NCBI GenBank assembly: GCA_965221705.1
Contig: OZ244908.1
Coordinates: forward strand, 2,363,913-2,427,912
DNA length: 64,000 nt
Source: Dehalococcoidia bacterium
GTDB taxonomy: Bacteria; Chloroflexota; Dehalococcoidia; Bin125
Reading direction: 5' to 3'
Shown piece after piece: positions 54,242 through 64,000 of this stretch (within the stretch, counting starts at the first letter, position 1; each line of letters begins with the position of its first letter). Position numbers and translations under genes: made by a program. The notes below the pieces were generated by a model, which was not told the DNA's origin, made no database searches, and worked only from the letters and a program-made list of their open reading frames with translations.

Positions 54242-54907
54242 GTGCAGGTCGTTGTCACCCTGTCGGGCGAAGTGCGCGACTCTCCGCTCGTGCGCAACGC
54301 GCTCGATCGAGCAGACCTGATCGTCGCCGCCGACGGCGGCGCCAATCGCCTGCGCGAACTCGGCTTCTCGCCGCACGTCGTGATCGGCGACCTCGACTCA
54401 CTCAGCGGGGAGGACATCTTCCACCTCAAGGCGGCCGGCATCGAATTCGAGCCCCATCCCGAGCCTCAAATGCGCACCGACGGCTCAGTCGCGATTGGAT
54501 ACGCGCTCGGACGCGGCGCGACCAGCATCATTGTCCTCGGAGTCTTCGGCGGACCGCGATACGACCACGTAGTCGCCAATCTCAACATGCTCACGCACCC
54601 CTCGCTGCGAGACATCCCGACCTGGGCCGTCGATGGCTGGACCGCGCTCACCGTCCTCCGCGGCGACGGCGTCTCGCAAGTTCACTTCCACGGTCAGGTC
54701 GGCGACTACGTCAGCATCAACGCCGTCACCGACACCGTCGAGGGCATCACGACCGTCGGACTCAAGTGGCCGCTCGACAATGGCGCGTTCACCAGAGGCG
54801 TCCGAGAAGGCACGTCAAACGAGCTGGTCAACGAACGCGCCATGATCCAAATCAGCAAGGGCATCGCCTTCGCCGCTCATCACTTCCGCAGCGAACAGCT
54901 CCCCTGA
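54242..54907 (+). CDS. thiN: Thiamine diphosphokinase (thiamine pyrophosphokinase)
   Basis: LIVAADGGANRLRELGFSPHVVIGDLDS...GGPRYDH, plus a C-terminal thiamine-binding beta-domain of appropriate length (221 aa). GTG start. Confidence 0.75.
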   Translation: MQVVVTLSGEVRDSPLVRNALDRADLIVAADGGANRLRELGFSPHVVIGDLDSLSGEDIFHLKAAGIEFEPHPEPQMRTDGSVAIGYALGRGATSIIVLGVFGGPRYDHVVANLNMLTHPSLRDIPTWAVDGWTALTVLRGDGVSQVHFHGQVGDYVSINAVTDTVEGITTVGLKWPLDNGAFTRGVREGTSNELVNERAMIQISKGIAFAAHHFRSEQLP

Positions 54908-54922
54908 GCCAGTCCCGCGACC

Positions 54923-56230
54923 TTAGGGATTGAACATGTCGCGCTTGCCGTGGCGGCTCGACGACGCGGCGAACGTGAAGATGCCGCGCGCCATCGACGA
55001 CTCTTGCTCTGTCGCGCGCGCCTCGTAGATCTCCGCGCGCAACTCGTGCACCTCGGGACTGTTCGGCGCAGCGCAAGCCGCGCCTTCGATCAGATGACAC
55101 GCCATCTGCAGGTTGCCGTTCTGCATGTGCGCGCGAGCGCGTTCGATCACCGGCTCAAGTCCGCCCGCCAGCGTGACCCATTCGGCCGCCTCAGCCGATC
55201 GCGGCGCCGGCAACAGCCGATCGGGCTCGCCCTCGTACCAGCCGCCGAAGTATCGCCAAACGCTATGCACGATGAACTCTGGATGGTCGTAGGCCGATGT
55301 CAGCCAGGGTTTGTCCAACAGTCGCTGCGGCATCTCGATTGAGTGCAACACGTGGTCGAGCGTGTAGCCCAGATTCATCAGCGCCAGCGTCTGACGCTCA
55401 ATCTCGTCGAGCAGATCAGCAGTGTCATTCAACGCCTCGGCGACGCGGTCTGCGCCGAAAATCGGAAACCCATGCCCGGGAATCATCACCTCGGCGCCCT
55501 TGCCCGCCATCTGCCGCAGACCCGTCGCCCACTCTCCCGCCCAGCGCTGCACCTTCTGCGGATTCCCAGCGTTGGGCACCGCCCAGATGAACAGGTCGCC
55601 GGGAAAGATCCACTTGCGCTCCGGCACCCAAGTCCAGGCCGCGTCCTCCGTCTCGCCGCGCGTGTGCGTCACCTCAAACGTCAACTCACCCACCGAGAAC
55701 CGCACGGCGTCGTCGAAGGTCACGTCGGGATAGCGAAACTCGCTCGGCCAGGGCACGCGAAGATGTTCCGCGTCCATGCCCGGTCGAATGAACTGCCGAG
55801 AGTTGATCGCCGTGTTGTAGCCCACCGTGCGCTTATAGCGATCAAAGTGCATCGGAATGTGCCGCTGCCCATAGACGACCGGCCGCGGCCGCCCCGCCTC
55901 CGCCGCCTCCGCGTCGAATCGCCCGACGCCAAAGATATGGTCGACGTGATGATGCGAGAACACGGCCGCTCGCAACGGAGCGTCGGGCCGCCAGTCGCGG
56001 ACGCCGTGATACAAACCTTCGGCGTCGCGCGCCGTGCCCGTATCAAGCATCACCAGGCCATCGCCCGTGTCCAGCGTGTTCATCGACGCCGCCGACTTGA
56101 TGTAGAGGAAGCCGTCGTCCAGTTCCTCTGGCTCGCGATCGTTCCACGTTCCCGTCACCGGATGCGCGTCGTGGATCACGTCGACTTCGCCGCGCCAGAG
56201 TCGATCGCAGAAATCTCGCAGGTCGGGCAT
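54923..56230 (-). CDS. Metallo-beta-lactamase-fold hydrolase of the alkyl/aryl-sulfatase type (MBL plus dimerisation domain, no SCP-2 domain)
   Basis: MBL motif FSHHHVDHIFG. The helical C-terminal region (CHLIEGAACAAPNSPEVHELRAEIYE) resembles the alkyl-sulfatase dimerisation domain. I prefer ATG 56230; the track start is 56335. Confidence 0.7.
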   Translation of the reverse strand: MPDLRDFCDRLWRGEVDVIHDAHPVTGTWNDREPEELDDGFLYIKSAASMNTLDTGDGLVMLDTGTARDAEGLYHGVRDWRPDAPLRAAVFSHHHVDHIFGVGRFDAEAAEAGRPRPVVYGQRHIPMHFDRYKRTVGYNTAINSRQFIRPGMDAEHLRVPWPSEFRYPDVTFDDAVRFSVGELTFEVTHTRGETEDAAWTWVPERKWIFPGDLFIWAVPNAGNPQKVQRWAGEWATGLRQMAGKGAEVMIPGHGFPIFGADRVAEALNDTADLLDEIERQTLALMNLGYTLDHVLHSIEMPQRLLDKPWLTSAYDHPEFIVHSVWRYFGGWYEGEPDRLLPAPRSAEAAEWVTLAGGLEPVIERARAHMQNGNLQMACHLIEGAACAAPNSPEVHELRAEIYEARATEQESSMARGIFTFAASSSRHGKRDMFNP

Positions 56231-56251
56231 CTCATCGCTCCTCTGCTGCAG

Positions 56252-56274
56252 GGCCAGTGTCGAAGTCACTGGCC
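56252..56274. promoter_or_regulatory. 8-bp inverted repeat (candidate operator) in the divergent MBL / zinc-ribbon intergenic region
   Basis: GGCCAGTG tcgaagt CACTGGCC, followed 7 nt later by a -10-like TAAGAT (56282-56287) on the plus strand. Confidence 0.3.
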
Positions 56275-56337
56275 ACCGTCGTAAGATATGACTCACAACG
56301 CCTCTGACGCACAGATTCCTCCAGGGAGCGCCCACTC

Positions 56338-56640
56338 ATGCCGATGTACGAATACAAATGCCCCGCCTGCGCCAACGCCTTCGACGTGCTGGCCAAAATG
56401 GGACAAGCGCCCGAGTCGCCCGACTGCCCCAACTGCGACGACGGCGTCGGCGCGCGCGTCTTTGGCGCTGGAGTCGCAATCCACACCGGCGCGTCGAGCT
56501 CGTCCTTCGATGACTTCGATATGGGCGACATGAGCGGCATGGGCATGCCCGATATGGGCGGTATGGGTGGACACGGACACGACCACGGCCACAGCCACGA
56601 CGACTTCGGCATGGACGATTTCGGCATGGACGGCTTCTAA
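56338..56640 (+). CDS. FmdB-family zinc-ribbon protein (CxxC_CxxC_SSSS type) with a Met/His/Asp/Gly-rich C-terminal tail
   Basis: MPMYEYKCPACANAFDVL...PDCPNCDD...GASSSS, followed by FDDFDMGDMSGMGMPDMGGMGGHGHDHGHSHDDFGMDDFGMDGF. Confidence 0.8.
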   Translation: MPMYEYKCPACANAFDVLAKMGQAPESPDCPNCDDGVGARVFGAGVAIHTGASSSSFDDFDMGDMSGMGMPDMGGMGGHGHDHGHSHDDFGMDDFGMDGF

Positions 56641-56674
56641 CGCGCCTTGATCCTGATGGCCTAATCCTGATGCC

Positions 56675-56968
56675 GTGATCCTGCTGCTCCGCGTCGAGGG
56701 CGACTCAATGTCGCCGACGCTGGAAGACGGACAGCTGCTGCTCGCGCTGTCGACAGCGCTGCGCCCGGTCCAGGGCGGACGGATCGTCGTCTTTCGCCGT
56801 CGCGGCGCGCACTACATCAAACGAGCGCTGACTCGCGAGGCCGGCGGCTGGTTCGTCGTCGGCGACCAACCCGCCCGCAGCACCGACAGTCGACGCTTCG
56901 GTCCTGTTCCCCTCACCGACATCCAAGCCGTGGCGATCTGCCGCCTGGGACCATTCAAATGGCTCTAG
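56675..56968 (+). CDS. Mini S26/S24-type serine peptidase without a membrane anchor (resembles NiSOD-maturation-protease-size proteins)
   Basis: 97 aa. VEGDSMSPTLEDGQ (catalytic Ser), YIKRAL (catalytic Lys), GDQPARSTDSRRFGPVP (GDN..S.DSR box). GTG start. Confidence 0.6.
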   Translation: MILLLRVEGDSMSPTLEDGQLLLALSTALRPVQGGRIVVFRRRGAHYIKRALTREAGGWFVVGDQPARSTDSRRFGPVPLTDIQAVAICRLGPFKWL

Positions 56969-57037
56969 TTGGCTGTAGCCGACTTAACAGGCTGCTGTCC
57001 CGCCGATGCGCGCATTCGAGGATTGCCAGCGCGGGAC

Positions 57038-57066
57038 TTGCGCTGTGGCGACATTTTCGACACAAT
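57038..57066 (+). promoter_or_regulatory. Candidate groEL promoter
   Basis: TTGCGC (57038-57043), a 17-nt spacer, then CACAAT (57061-57066), ending 7 nt before the CIRCE element. Confidence 0.3.
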
Positions 57067-57073
57067 ACAGGCG

Positions 57074-57100
57074 TTGGCACTCTCTACTTGCGAGTGCCAA
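57074..57100 (+). promoter_or_regulatory. CIRCE operator (HrcA binding site)
   Basis: TTGGCACTC-N9-GAGTGCCAA is a perfect 9-bp inverted repeat. It differs from the consensus TTAGCACTC-N9-GAGTGCTAA at one position per arm and lies 59 nt upstream of the groEL ATG. Confidence 0.85.
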
Positions 57101-57104
57101 ATGA

Positions 57105-58769
<1,665 letters not shown>

Positions 58770-58800
58770 GTCACTCCTGCAATCACAGGAACGAGCCCAC

Positions 58801-58837
58801 AAGCGGGCCGCCCCATGGGGCGGCCCGCTTTGCGTTT
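58801..58837 (+). terminator. Intrinsic terminator after groEL
   Basis: AAGCGGGCCGCCCCATGGGGCGGCCCGCTT is a perfect palindrome (about a 13-bp GC-rich stem), followed by TGCGTTT. Confidence 0.75.
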
Positions 58838-58942
58838 GACCCCTCGACGAATCCGAGACAAGACAACCTCTTGTTCATCTGGAGCGCGCTGCGCCAGACA
58901 TACACTGACCAAAGCAGTCAAGTGTCAGTGGAACACACCTGC

Positions 58943-60388
58943 ATGACCACACGCCGCCGCGCCAAGATCGTCGCCACGCTCGGACCCGCCTCCAGCGCTC
59001 CCGACGTCGTGCGCGACCTCGTCGAGGCCGGCCTCGACGTCGCGCGGATCAACTTCTCCCACGGCGACCCGGAATCCTGGCGGCGCGCCGTCGAATCAGT
59101 GCGTCGGGCGCATCATGACACCGGCAAACCGATCGCCATCCTCGGCGACCTGCAAGGCCCCAAAATCCGCATCGGTGAACTCGCGTCTGCTGTCGAGATC
59201 GCTCGTGGCGACCGCCTCGATATCGTTAGCGGCGCCGAACATCAGGGTCGACTCGCCGAATACGGTTCGCTCGAAGTCAGTTGCGCGTACGCGGCGCTCA
59301 CCGATGAGGTCGAACCAGGCGGACGCATCTATCTGCGCGACGGTGAGCTCGACCTCAGAGTCGAGTCGATCGACGGCCCTCGCATTATCACTTCTGTCCG
59401 AGGCGGCGGCCTGCTGACCTCGCGCGCCGGACTCCACGCTCCCGGCGGCGGCGCATTGCTCGACGCTGTCACCGCGGCCGACCGCGACAGCGCCCGCTTC
59501 GCCGTTGAACACGCCTTTGACGTCCTCGCTCTCTCGTTTGTCCGCGACCGCGACGACATCGACATCGCCCGAGACGCCGTCGCCGAAGCGGGCGGCGACC
59601 TGCCGATCATCGCCAAGATCGAAACCGTCTCCGCGATCAACGCGCTGGAGTCGATCATCGACGCCGCCGACGGCGCGATGGTCGCCCGCGGCGATCTCGG
59701 CGTCGAGCTCGGCGCGGCTGAAGTCCCGCTCGCTCAGCGCGAGATCATCACCGCCGCCGGACGCGGTCTGATGCCTGTCATCATCGCAACCCAGATGCTC
59801 GAGTCGATGACCACGCGCGCCCGCCCAACTCGCGCCGAAGCCTCCGACGTCGCCAACGCCGTCTGGGACGGCGCAGACGCGCTGATGCTCTCCGGCGAAA
59901 CGGCGGTCGGATCGCGCCCCGTCGACGTCGTGGCGATGATGGACCGCATCATCCGCACCGCCGAGCAGGGCGACCCCCACCGCGCCGCGCGCTCCGTCGA
60001 ACTCAGCAGCGACACCGCCCGCACAATCAGCCAGGCCGTCGCCGCCGCCGTCGAGCAACATCCGCAGGTCAAAGCAGTGATGATCTTCACCGTCTCGGGA
60101 CACTCCGGCCGCCTCATCTCGCAGGTGCGACTTCCCGTGCCGACGCTCGTGCTGGCGCCGTCAGCCTCGGTCTCGCAGCGCCTGGCGCTCAGTTGGGGCG
60201 TCGAGTCGCTGCGCTGCGAGCCTCCAGCGACGATCGAGCAGATGCTCGCCGAGGTCGAACGAGCCGCCGTCTCCGTCCTCGGCCTCGTCGAAGGCGACTC
60301 AGTCGTCGTCACCGGCGGCCTGCCGCTCGGCCAGGGTCATCCGACCAATTTCCTCAAGCTGCACAAAGTCCCAGCCTCGGTATCCTGA
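58943..60388 (+). CDS. pyk: Pyruvate kinase
   Basis: RRAKIVATLGPAS...RINFSHG...ILGDLQGPKIR...IAKIE...MVARGDLGVE...TQMLESM. ATG 58943; the track ORF adds 24 codons. Confidence 0.93.
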   Translation: MTTRRRAKIVATLGPASSAPDVVRDLVEAGLDVARINFSHGDPESWRRAVESVRRAHHDTGKPIAILGDLQGPKIRIGELASAVEIARGDRLDIVSGAEHQGRLAEYGSLEVSCAYAALTDEVEPGGRIYLRDGELDLRVESIDGPRIITSVRGGGLLTSRAGLHAPGGGALLDAVTAADRDSARFAVEHAFDVLALSFVRDRDDIDIARDAVAEAGGDLPIIAKIETVSAINALESIIDAADGAMVARGDLGVELGAAEVPLAQREIITAAGRGLMPVIIATQMLESMTTRARPTRAEASDVANAVWDGADALMLSGETAVGSRPVDVVAMMDRIIRTAEQGDPHRAARSVELSSDTARTISQAVAAAVEQHPQVKAVMIFTVSGHSGRLISQVRLPVPTLVLAPSASVSQRLALSWGVESLRCEPPATIEQMLAEVERAAVSVLGLVEGDSVVVTGGLPLGQGHPTNFLKLHKVPASVS

Positions 60389-60412
60389 ACGCAACCGCGC
60401 GAGGAGGACACG

Positions 60413-60811
60413 ATGACCGACGACGCCCCGGCAAACGAGATTCAACTCGAAGTGCAGATCGGCGAAGCCTGCGAGATCGACCCGGCCGCAGGACCGATTC
60501 AGGCTCGTGACGGCGACGACAGTGCCGATCGCGATGTACTGCTCTACATCAACGTCTGGTGCGGAGACTGCCGCCGCGCCGTCCGTTTCCTCGACGAGCA
60601 CGACATCCCCTACCGAACCATCGACATCGACGAAGATGCCGATTCAGCGCGCATCGTCGAGACGCTCAATCGAGGCCATCGATCCGTTCCCACAATCCTC
60701 GTCGACGGCGAGCACGTCGCCACCGAGCCCAGCAACGCCGAGCTGGCGGCGATCTTCAACGTTGAGGCGCCAGCCTCAGGCGGCGTCCTCGCTCGCCTGC
60801 GTCGTTCTTGA
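60413..60811 (+). CDS. Glutaredoxin/NrdH-like thioredoxin-fold protein with an acidic N-terminal extension
   Basis: VLLYINVWCGDCRRAVRFLDEHDIPYRTIDID...HRSVPTILVDGE. A CxxC motif precedes the cis-Pro (VP) motif at the usual spacing. Confidence 0.7.
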   Translation: MTDDAPANEIQLEVQIGEACEIDPAAGPIQARDGDDSADRDVLLYINVWCGDCRRAVRFLDEHDIPYRTIDIDEDADSARIVETLNRGHRSVPTILVDGEHVATEPSNAELAAIFNVEAPASGGVLARLRRS

Positions 60812-60822
60812 TCACCAGGGCG

Positions 60823-61842
60823 TCAATCCCGCTCGATTACGTGCATCGCGTCAGGCGCGACGCACACGGCGACTGAGTCCCCCACGCCGACCCCGAGTGC
60901 CTGCCACTGCGGTCGCGGGACGTGCGCGATGATGGAGACGCCGCCAACCGAGAGCGTCACACGCATCATCGCGCCGACCAGCTCCGCTCGCTCGACAGTC
61001 GCTCCTTCGCCTCGCTCAAGCGCGACGTGCTCAGCTCGAATCCCAATCAGCGACCCCGCCGGCGCTTCAAGCGGCAGCGGCAGTTCGTCTCGACGTAGCA
61101 CGTTCTCGACGCCGACAAACAGCGCCACCTCTCGATCGACCGGACGATCAAACACCTCGGTCGGCGATCCGATCTGACGCACGCTGCCGCCAATCAAGAG
61201 CGCAATCACGTCTCCGAGACGCAACGCCTCATCGCGATCGTGAGTGACCAGCACCGTCGTCGGTCGCGTCTCCGACAGGATCTCAGCGAAGTCCTCTATC
61301 AGACGTTCACGAGTCGGCGCGTCGACGCCGGCAAACGGCTCGTCAAGCAGCATCACCTCCGGCTGCGACGCGAACGCACGCGCCAAACTGACACGCTGCG
61401 CCTCGCCGCCAGAGAGCTGACGCGCATGCCGATCGGCGAGCTCGGCGATGCCGAACCGCTGCAGCCACTCATCCGATGCGGCGCGACGCTCGCGTCGGCC
61501 GACGCCGCGCAGTCGTAGCGGCAACTCAACGTTCGATCGCACCGACATGCTCAGCAGCAACGGCTCCTGAAACGCAGCCGACATCCGCCGCCGCGTGCGA
61601 ATCGGATCGGCGTCCATGGGCTCGCCATCGAGCGTGAGCGTGCCGCCCGTGGGATGCAACACGAGCTGCAGCGCGCCTAACAACGTCGACTTCCCAGCCC
61701 CATTCGGTCCAATCAGCACCGTCACCTTGCCCCGCGGGATATCGAGGGCGTCGATCTCCAACACCGTCGTCCCGCCGCGACGCACGACCAGGTCACGCAC
61801 CTGCACGTGAGCGTTCGAGCGGGCTTCTGGATGAGAGCTCAT
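60823..61842 (-). CDS. ABC transporter ATP-binding protein (oxyanion type, C-terminal TOBE-like domain)
   Basis: Walker A GPNGAGKST, signature LSGGEAQR, Walker B MLLDEP, plus a C-terminal beta-domain of about 110 aa. Confidence 0.85.
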   Translation of the reverse strand: MSSHPEARSNAHVQVRDLVVRRGGTTVLEIDALDIPRGKVTVLIGPNGAGKSTLLGALQLVLHPTGGTLTLDGEPMDADPIRTRRRMSAAFQEPLLLSMSVRSNVELPLRLRGVGRRERRAASDEWLQRFGIAELADRHARQLSGGEAQRVSLARAFASQPEVMLLDEPFAGVDAPTRERLIEDFAEILSETRPTTVLVTHDRDEALRLGDVIALLIGGSVRQIGSPTEVFDRPVDREVALFVGVENVLRRDELPLPLEAPAGSLIGIRAEHVALERGEGATVERAELVGAMMRVTLSVGGVSIIAHVPRPQWQALGVGVGDSVAVCVAPDAMHVIERD

Positions 61843-62537
61843 GTCACCGGCCGACGTTGTTGCACCGTCGTCAGGACGAGATTGACGATGAACGCCAGCA
61901 CGACCAACACCAACGAGAGCGCGATCGCGACCTCAAAGTTGCCGCGACCCGTTTCCAGCACCGTGGCGGTCGTCAGCACACGCGTCTCGCCAGCCAGGTT
62001 GCCGCCGACCTGCATCGATGCGCCGACTTCGGAGATCGCCGCGCCAAACCCCGCCATCACCGCCGCTAGCAGGCCCAGCCGCGTCTCGCGCACGAGCAAC
62101 CACAACACCTGCCAACGGTTCGCGCCCATCGCCCACATCTGACCGATCAATCGAGGGTTGACCGACTGAATCGAAGCCAGCGAAAAGCCCACCACCAACG
62201 GCAAGCTGAGCAACAACTGCGCCACCACCATCGCCGTCGGCGTATAGATCAACCCCAACTCGCCCAGCGGCCCCGTTCGCCAGAGGATCAACGCCACCAG
62301 CAATCCGACCACGACCGGCGGCATGCCCATGCCCGTGTTGACCGCAGCGACGATCAATCCGCGCCCCCAGAATCGACGCAGCGCCAACACCGCCCCGAGC
62401 GGAATCCCCACAGCCAACGCCAACGCCGTCGCCGCCGAGGAGATTGCCAACGTGCGCAGCGTGATCTCGATGATCTGCGCATCGCCCGACCACCACAGTC
62501 GCGCCGCCTCGCGGATGCCGTCCCAGATCAAATCCAT
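61839..62537 (-). CDS. ABC transporter permease, TupB-like
   Basis: 232 aa, 5-6 TM helices. AAISEVGASMQVGGNLAGETRVLTTA matches the conserved tungstate-permease region. The stop overlaps the ATPase gene start (ATGA). Confidence 0.8.
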   Translation of the reverse strand: MDLIWDGIREAARLWWSGDAQIIEITLRTLAISSAATALALAVGIPLGAVLALRRFWGRGLIVAAVNTGMGMPPVVVGLLVALILWRTGPLGELGLIYTPTAMVVAQLLLSLPLVVGFSLASIQSVNPRLIGQMWAMGANRWQVLWLLVRETRLGLLAAVMAGFGAAISEVGASMQVGGNLAGETRVLTTATVLETGRGNFEVAIALSLVLVVLAFIVNLVLTTVQQRRPVT

Positions 62538-62586
62538 GCCGCGATAGTATCCGCCCGACTCAGCCCGGTTCGAGCGCCGTTAGCGC

Positions 62587-63465
62587 TCACTGAGCAGCGA
62601 CAATCGACGCCTCCGTCTCGCCAGCCGCCGGAACGAACAAGGGACGCCCATACGTCTCGCGCAGATACTCGCCAATCAATCTCTGCACGTCGTCGCTGAC
62701 CAGAAACTGCGCGAACGACTCAGCCCCGACCGTGTTGATCCGACCCTTCGATCCAGACACAGCCATCACGCTGTAGAAGTTGAGCAGCCTCGCATCACCC
62801 TCAACGAGCGGCCGCAGGTCGCCAACGTCGTCTGACAGCGCCAGATACGTGCCGCGATCGGTGAGTGCGTAGGCCCCGCGCTGATTGGCAACCGTCAGCG
62901 TCGCCGACATCCCCTGTCCGACCTCGATGTACCACTCATCGGATGCGACAGCGGGCGACAACCCAGCGTCAGCCCAGAGCGCCAGCTCTTTCTTGTGCGT
63001 ACCGCTGTCATCGCCGCGCGACGCAAACACTGCTCCGCGCTCCGCAATCTGCGCCATCGCCGACGCCGCATCCGACAGACCTCTGACCCCGGCCGGATCG
63101 TCCTCAGGGCCGACAATGACGAAGTCGTTGTACGCCACCAGCGTGCGACTGGTCACATCCCCCGCCTCGAGCAGCTCCCGCTCCGCGTCCGGCGCGTGCG
63201 TCAACAACGCGTCGGCGTTGCCTTCAACCCCCATCCGCAGCGCCGCGCCAGTGCCAACCGCGATGATCTTGACATTGATCCCGGTCTCGCGCTCGAATAT
63301 CGGAACCAGCTCGTCCAGCAATCCCGAGTCATTCAGCGACGTCGTCGTCGCCAGAATCAACTCACCCTCGTTGACGTCCGTGTCATCGCCGCACGCGACC
63401 GCCGCGCCGCCCAACGTGGCGAGCAATAGGATGGCGACTCGAGTCAGCCAACGCGCTCCCCACAT
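62587..63465 (-). CDS. Periplasmic/lipoprotein substrate-binding protein, TupA-like (tungstate-type oxyanion binding)
   Basis: Lipoprotein signal LLLATLGGAAVAC. LATTTSLNDSGLLDELVPIFE...IAVGTGAALRMG..GNADALLTHAP...YNDFVIVGPEDDPAG contains the TTTS motif typical of TupA. Confidence 0.72.
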   Translation of the reverse strand: MWGARWLTRVAILLLATLGGAAVACGDDTDVNEGELILATTTSLNDSGLLDELVPIFERETGINVKIIAVGTGAALRMGVEGNADALLTHAPDAERELLEAGDVTSRTLVAYNDFVIVGPEDDPAGVRGLSDAASAMAQIAERGAVFASRGDDSGTHKKELALWADAGLSPAVASDEWYIEVGQGMSATLTVANQRGAYALTDRGTYLALSDDVGDLRPLVEGDARLLNFYSVMAVSGSKGRINTVGAESFAQFLVSDDVQRLIGEYLRETYGRPLFVPAAGETEASIVAAQ

Positions 63466-63489
63466 TGGCTATCTCCCGATCGCTCCGCG

Positions 63490-64000
63490 TCACGCGCCTA
63501 CGTCAACCATCCCTGCGCCAACAGTCGCTGACGTCGCCTCATCGATCAAGATGAATGCTCCCGTTTGACGTGACACATCGTATGGGTCGACGGACAACGG
63601 CGCCATCAGCCGCAAGCGGACGCGGCCAATCTCATTCAGTGACAGCTGCGACGCCGTCAAGTCGTAGTCCAACGTGTTGACGTCCAATCGAGCCGCGACA
63701 TCATCGACCAGCGCTCGCGTCGTCTGCGTGGTGTGCTTGATGATCAGGCGATCCCGAACGCGCAGCGGCGCGCGATCACTCATCCAGCAGATGTGCGCAT
63801 CGATCGCGCTGGCCGCGGTCGGCGGATGATCGGCCGAGACGATCATCGACCCCCGCCTGACGTCGAGCTCGTCGGCGAGGCGCACAGTCACCGCCATCGG
63901 AGGCGTCGCTTCATTCAGCTCACGTTTGAAGACGTCGATGCCGACCACGGTCGACTCCATGCCGGCAGGCATGACCTTGACGCGGTCACCAACGCGGAGC
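63490..64000 (-). CDS. cysN: Sulfate adenylyltransferase large subunit (CysN-type GTPase), C-terminal part; the gene continues beyond the right edge
   Basis: The reading frame stays open to the window edge (…LRVGDRVKVMPAGMESTVVGI…). Domain II/III motifs: ...ICWMSDRAPL...LIKHTTQTTRALV...LSLNEIGRVRLRL..PL..DPY...TGAFILID..T..TVGAGMV. Confidence 0.8.
   Translation of the reverse strand, partial: LRVGDRVKVMPAGMESTVVGIDVFKRELNEATPPMAVTVRLADELDVRRGSMIVSADHPPTAASAIDAHICWMSDRAPLRVRDRLIIKHTTQTTRALVDDVAARLDVNTLDYDLTASQLSLNEIGRVRLRLMAPLSVDPYDVSRQTGAFILIDEATSATVGAGMVDVGA

Noticed and set aside
56675-56968. Calling the mini S26 peptidase sodX (NiSOD maturation protease)
   Set aside because: No sodN-like ORF (N-terminal leader followed by HCDLPCG) is present in the neighbouring ORFs I read. 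Size and motif similarity alone do not justify the gene name.

Overview
High-GC (mid-60s % by eye, not computed), very gene-dense chromosomal segment. I call about 60 protein genes and one tRNA. Most gaps are under 100 nt and many neighbouring genes share 4-nt ATGA/GTGA start-stop overlaps. I saw no rRNA, CRISPR array, transposase or integrase. The gene content includes deazaflavin/F420-type enzymes, UPF0182, a CIRCE-controlled groEL, a Bacillus-like rpe...rpmB-yloV-degV-recG order, and many CaiB/crotonase/luciferase-like paralogues. This suggests a Chloroflexota- or Actinomycetota-like organism, but that is inference only. The backbone is an arginine biosynthesis cluster, argC-argJ ... argB-UPF0182-argD-argG-orf-argH-rpe. 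It is interrupted by a lower-GC RelE/ParE-like toxin cassette and an opposite-strand membrane-fused molybdoenzyme. Housekeeping genes follow: rpmB, fakA/fakB-like, recG, argS, trpS, gatCA, PBP1A, tRNA-Gly(CCC), groEL, pyk. There are two acyl-CoA/flavin catabolic blocks, a solitary GmrSD-type (DUF262+DUF1524) type IV restriction gene, a tungstate-type ABC transporter next to cysN, and a CotH kinase next to a VTC-like gene. I found no clear multi-gene novel defence system. The best candidates for undescribed biology are: (1) four tandem 14-nt units at the gatC-gatA junction that create a relay of 5-codon ORFs linked by NTGA overlaps; (2) the toxin cassette, whose partner protein I cannot classify; (3) a zinc-ribbon protein with a Met/His/Asp-rich tail paired with a mini S26 protease; (4) UPF0182 and an orphan acidic ORF embedded in the arg operon; (5) palindromic repeat units between convergent genes. 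All protein calls come from reading the supplied translations for family motifs. No database search was run.
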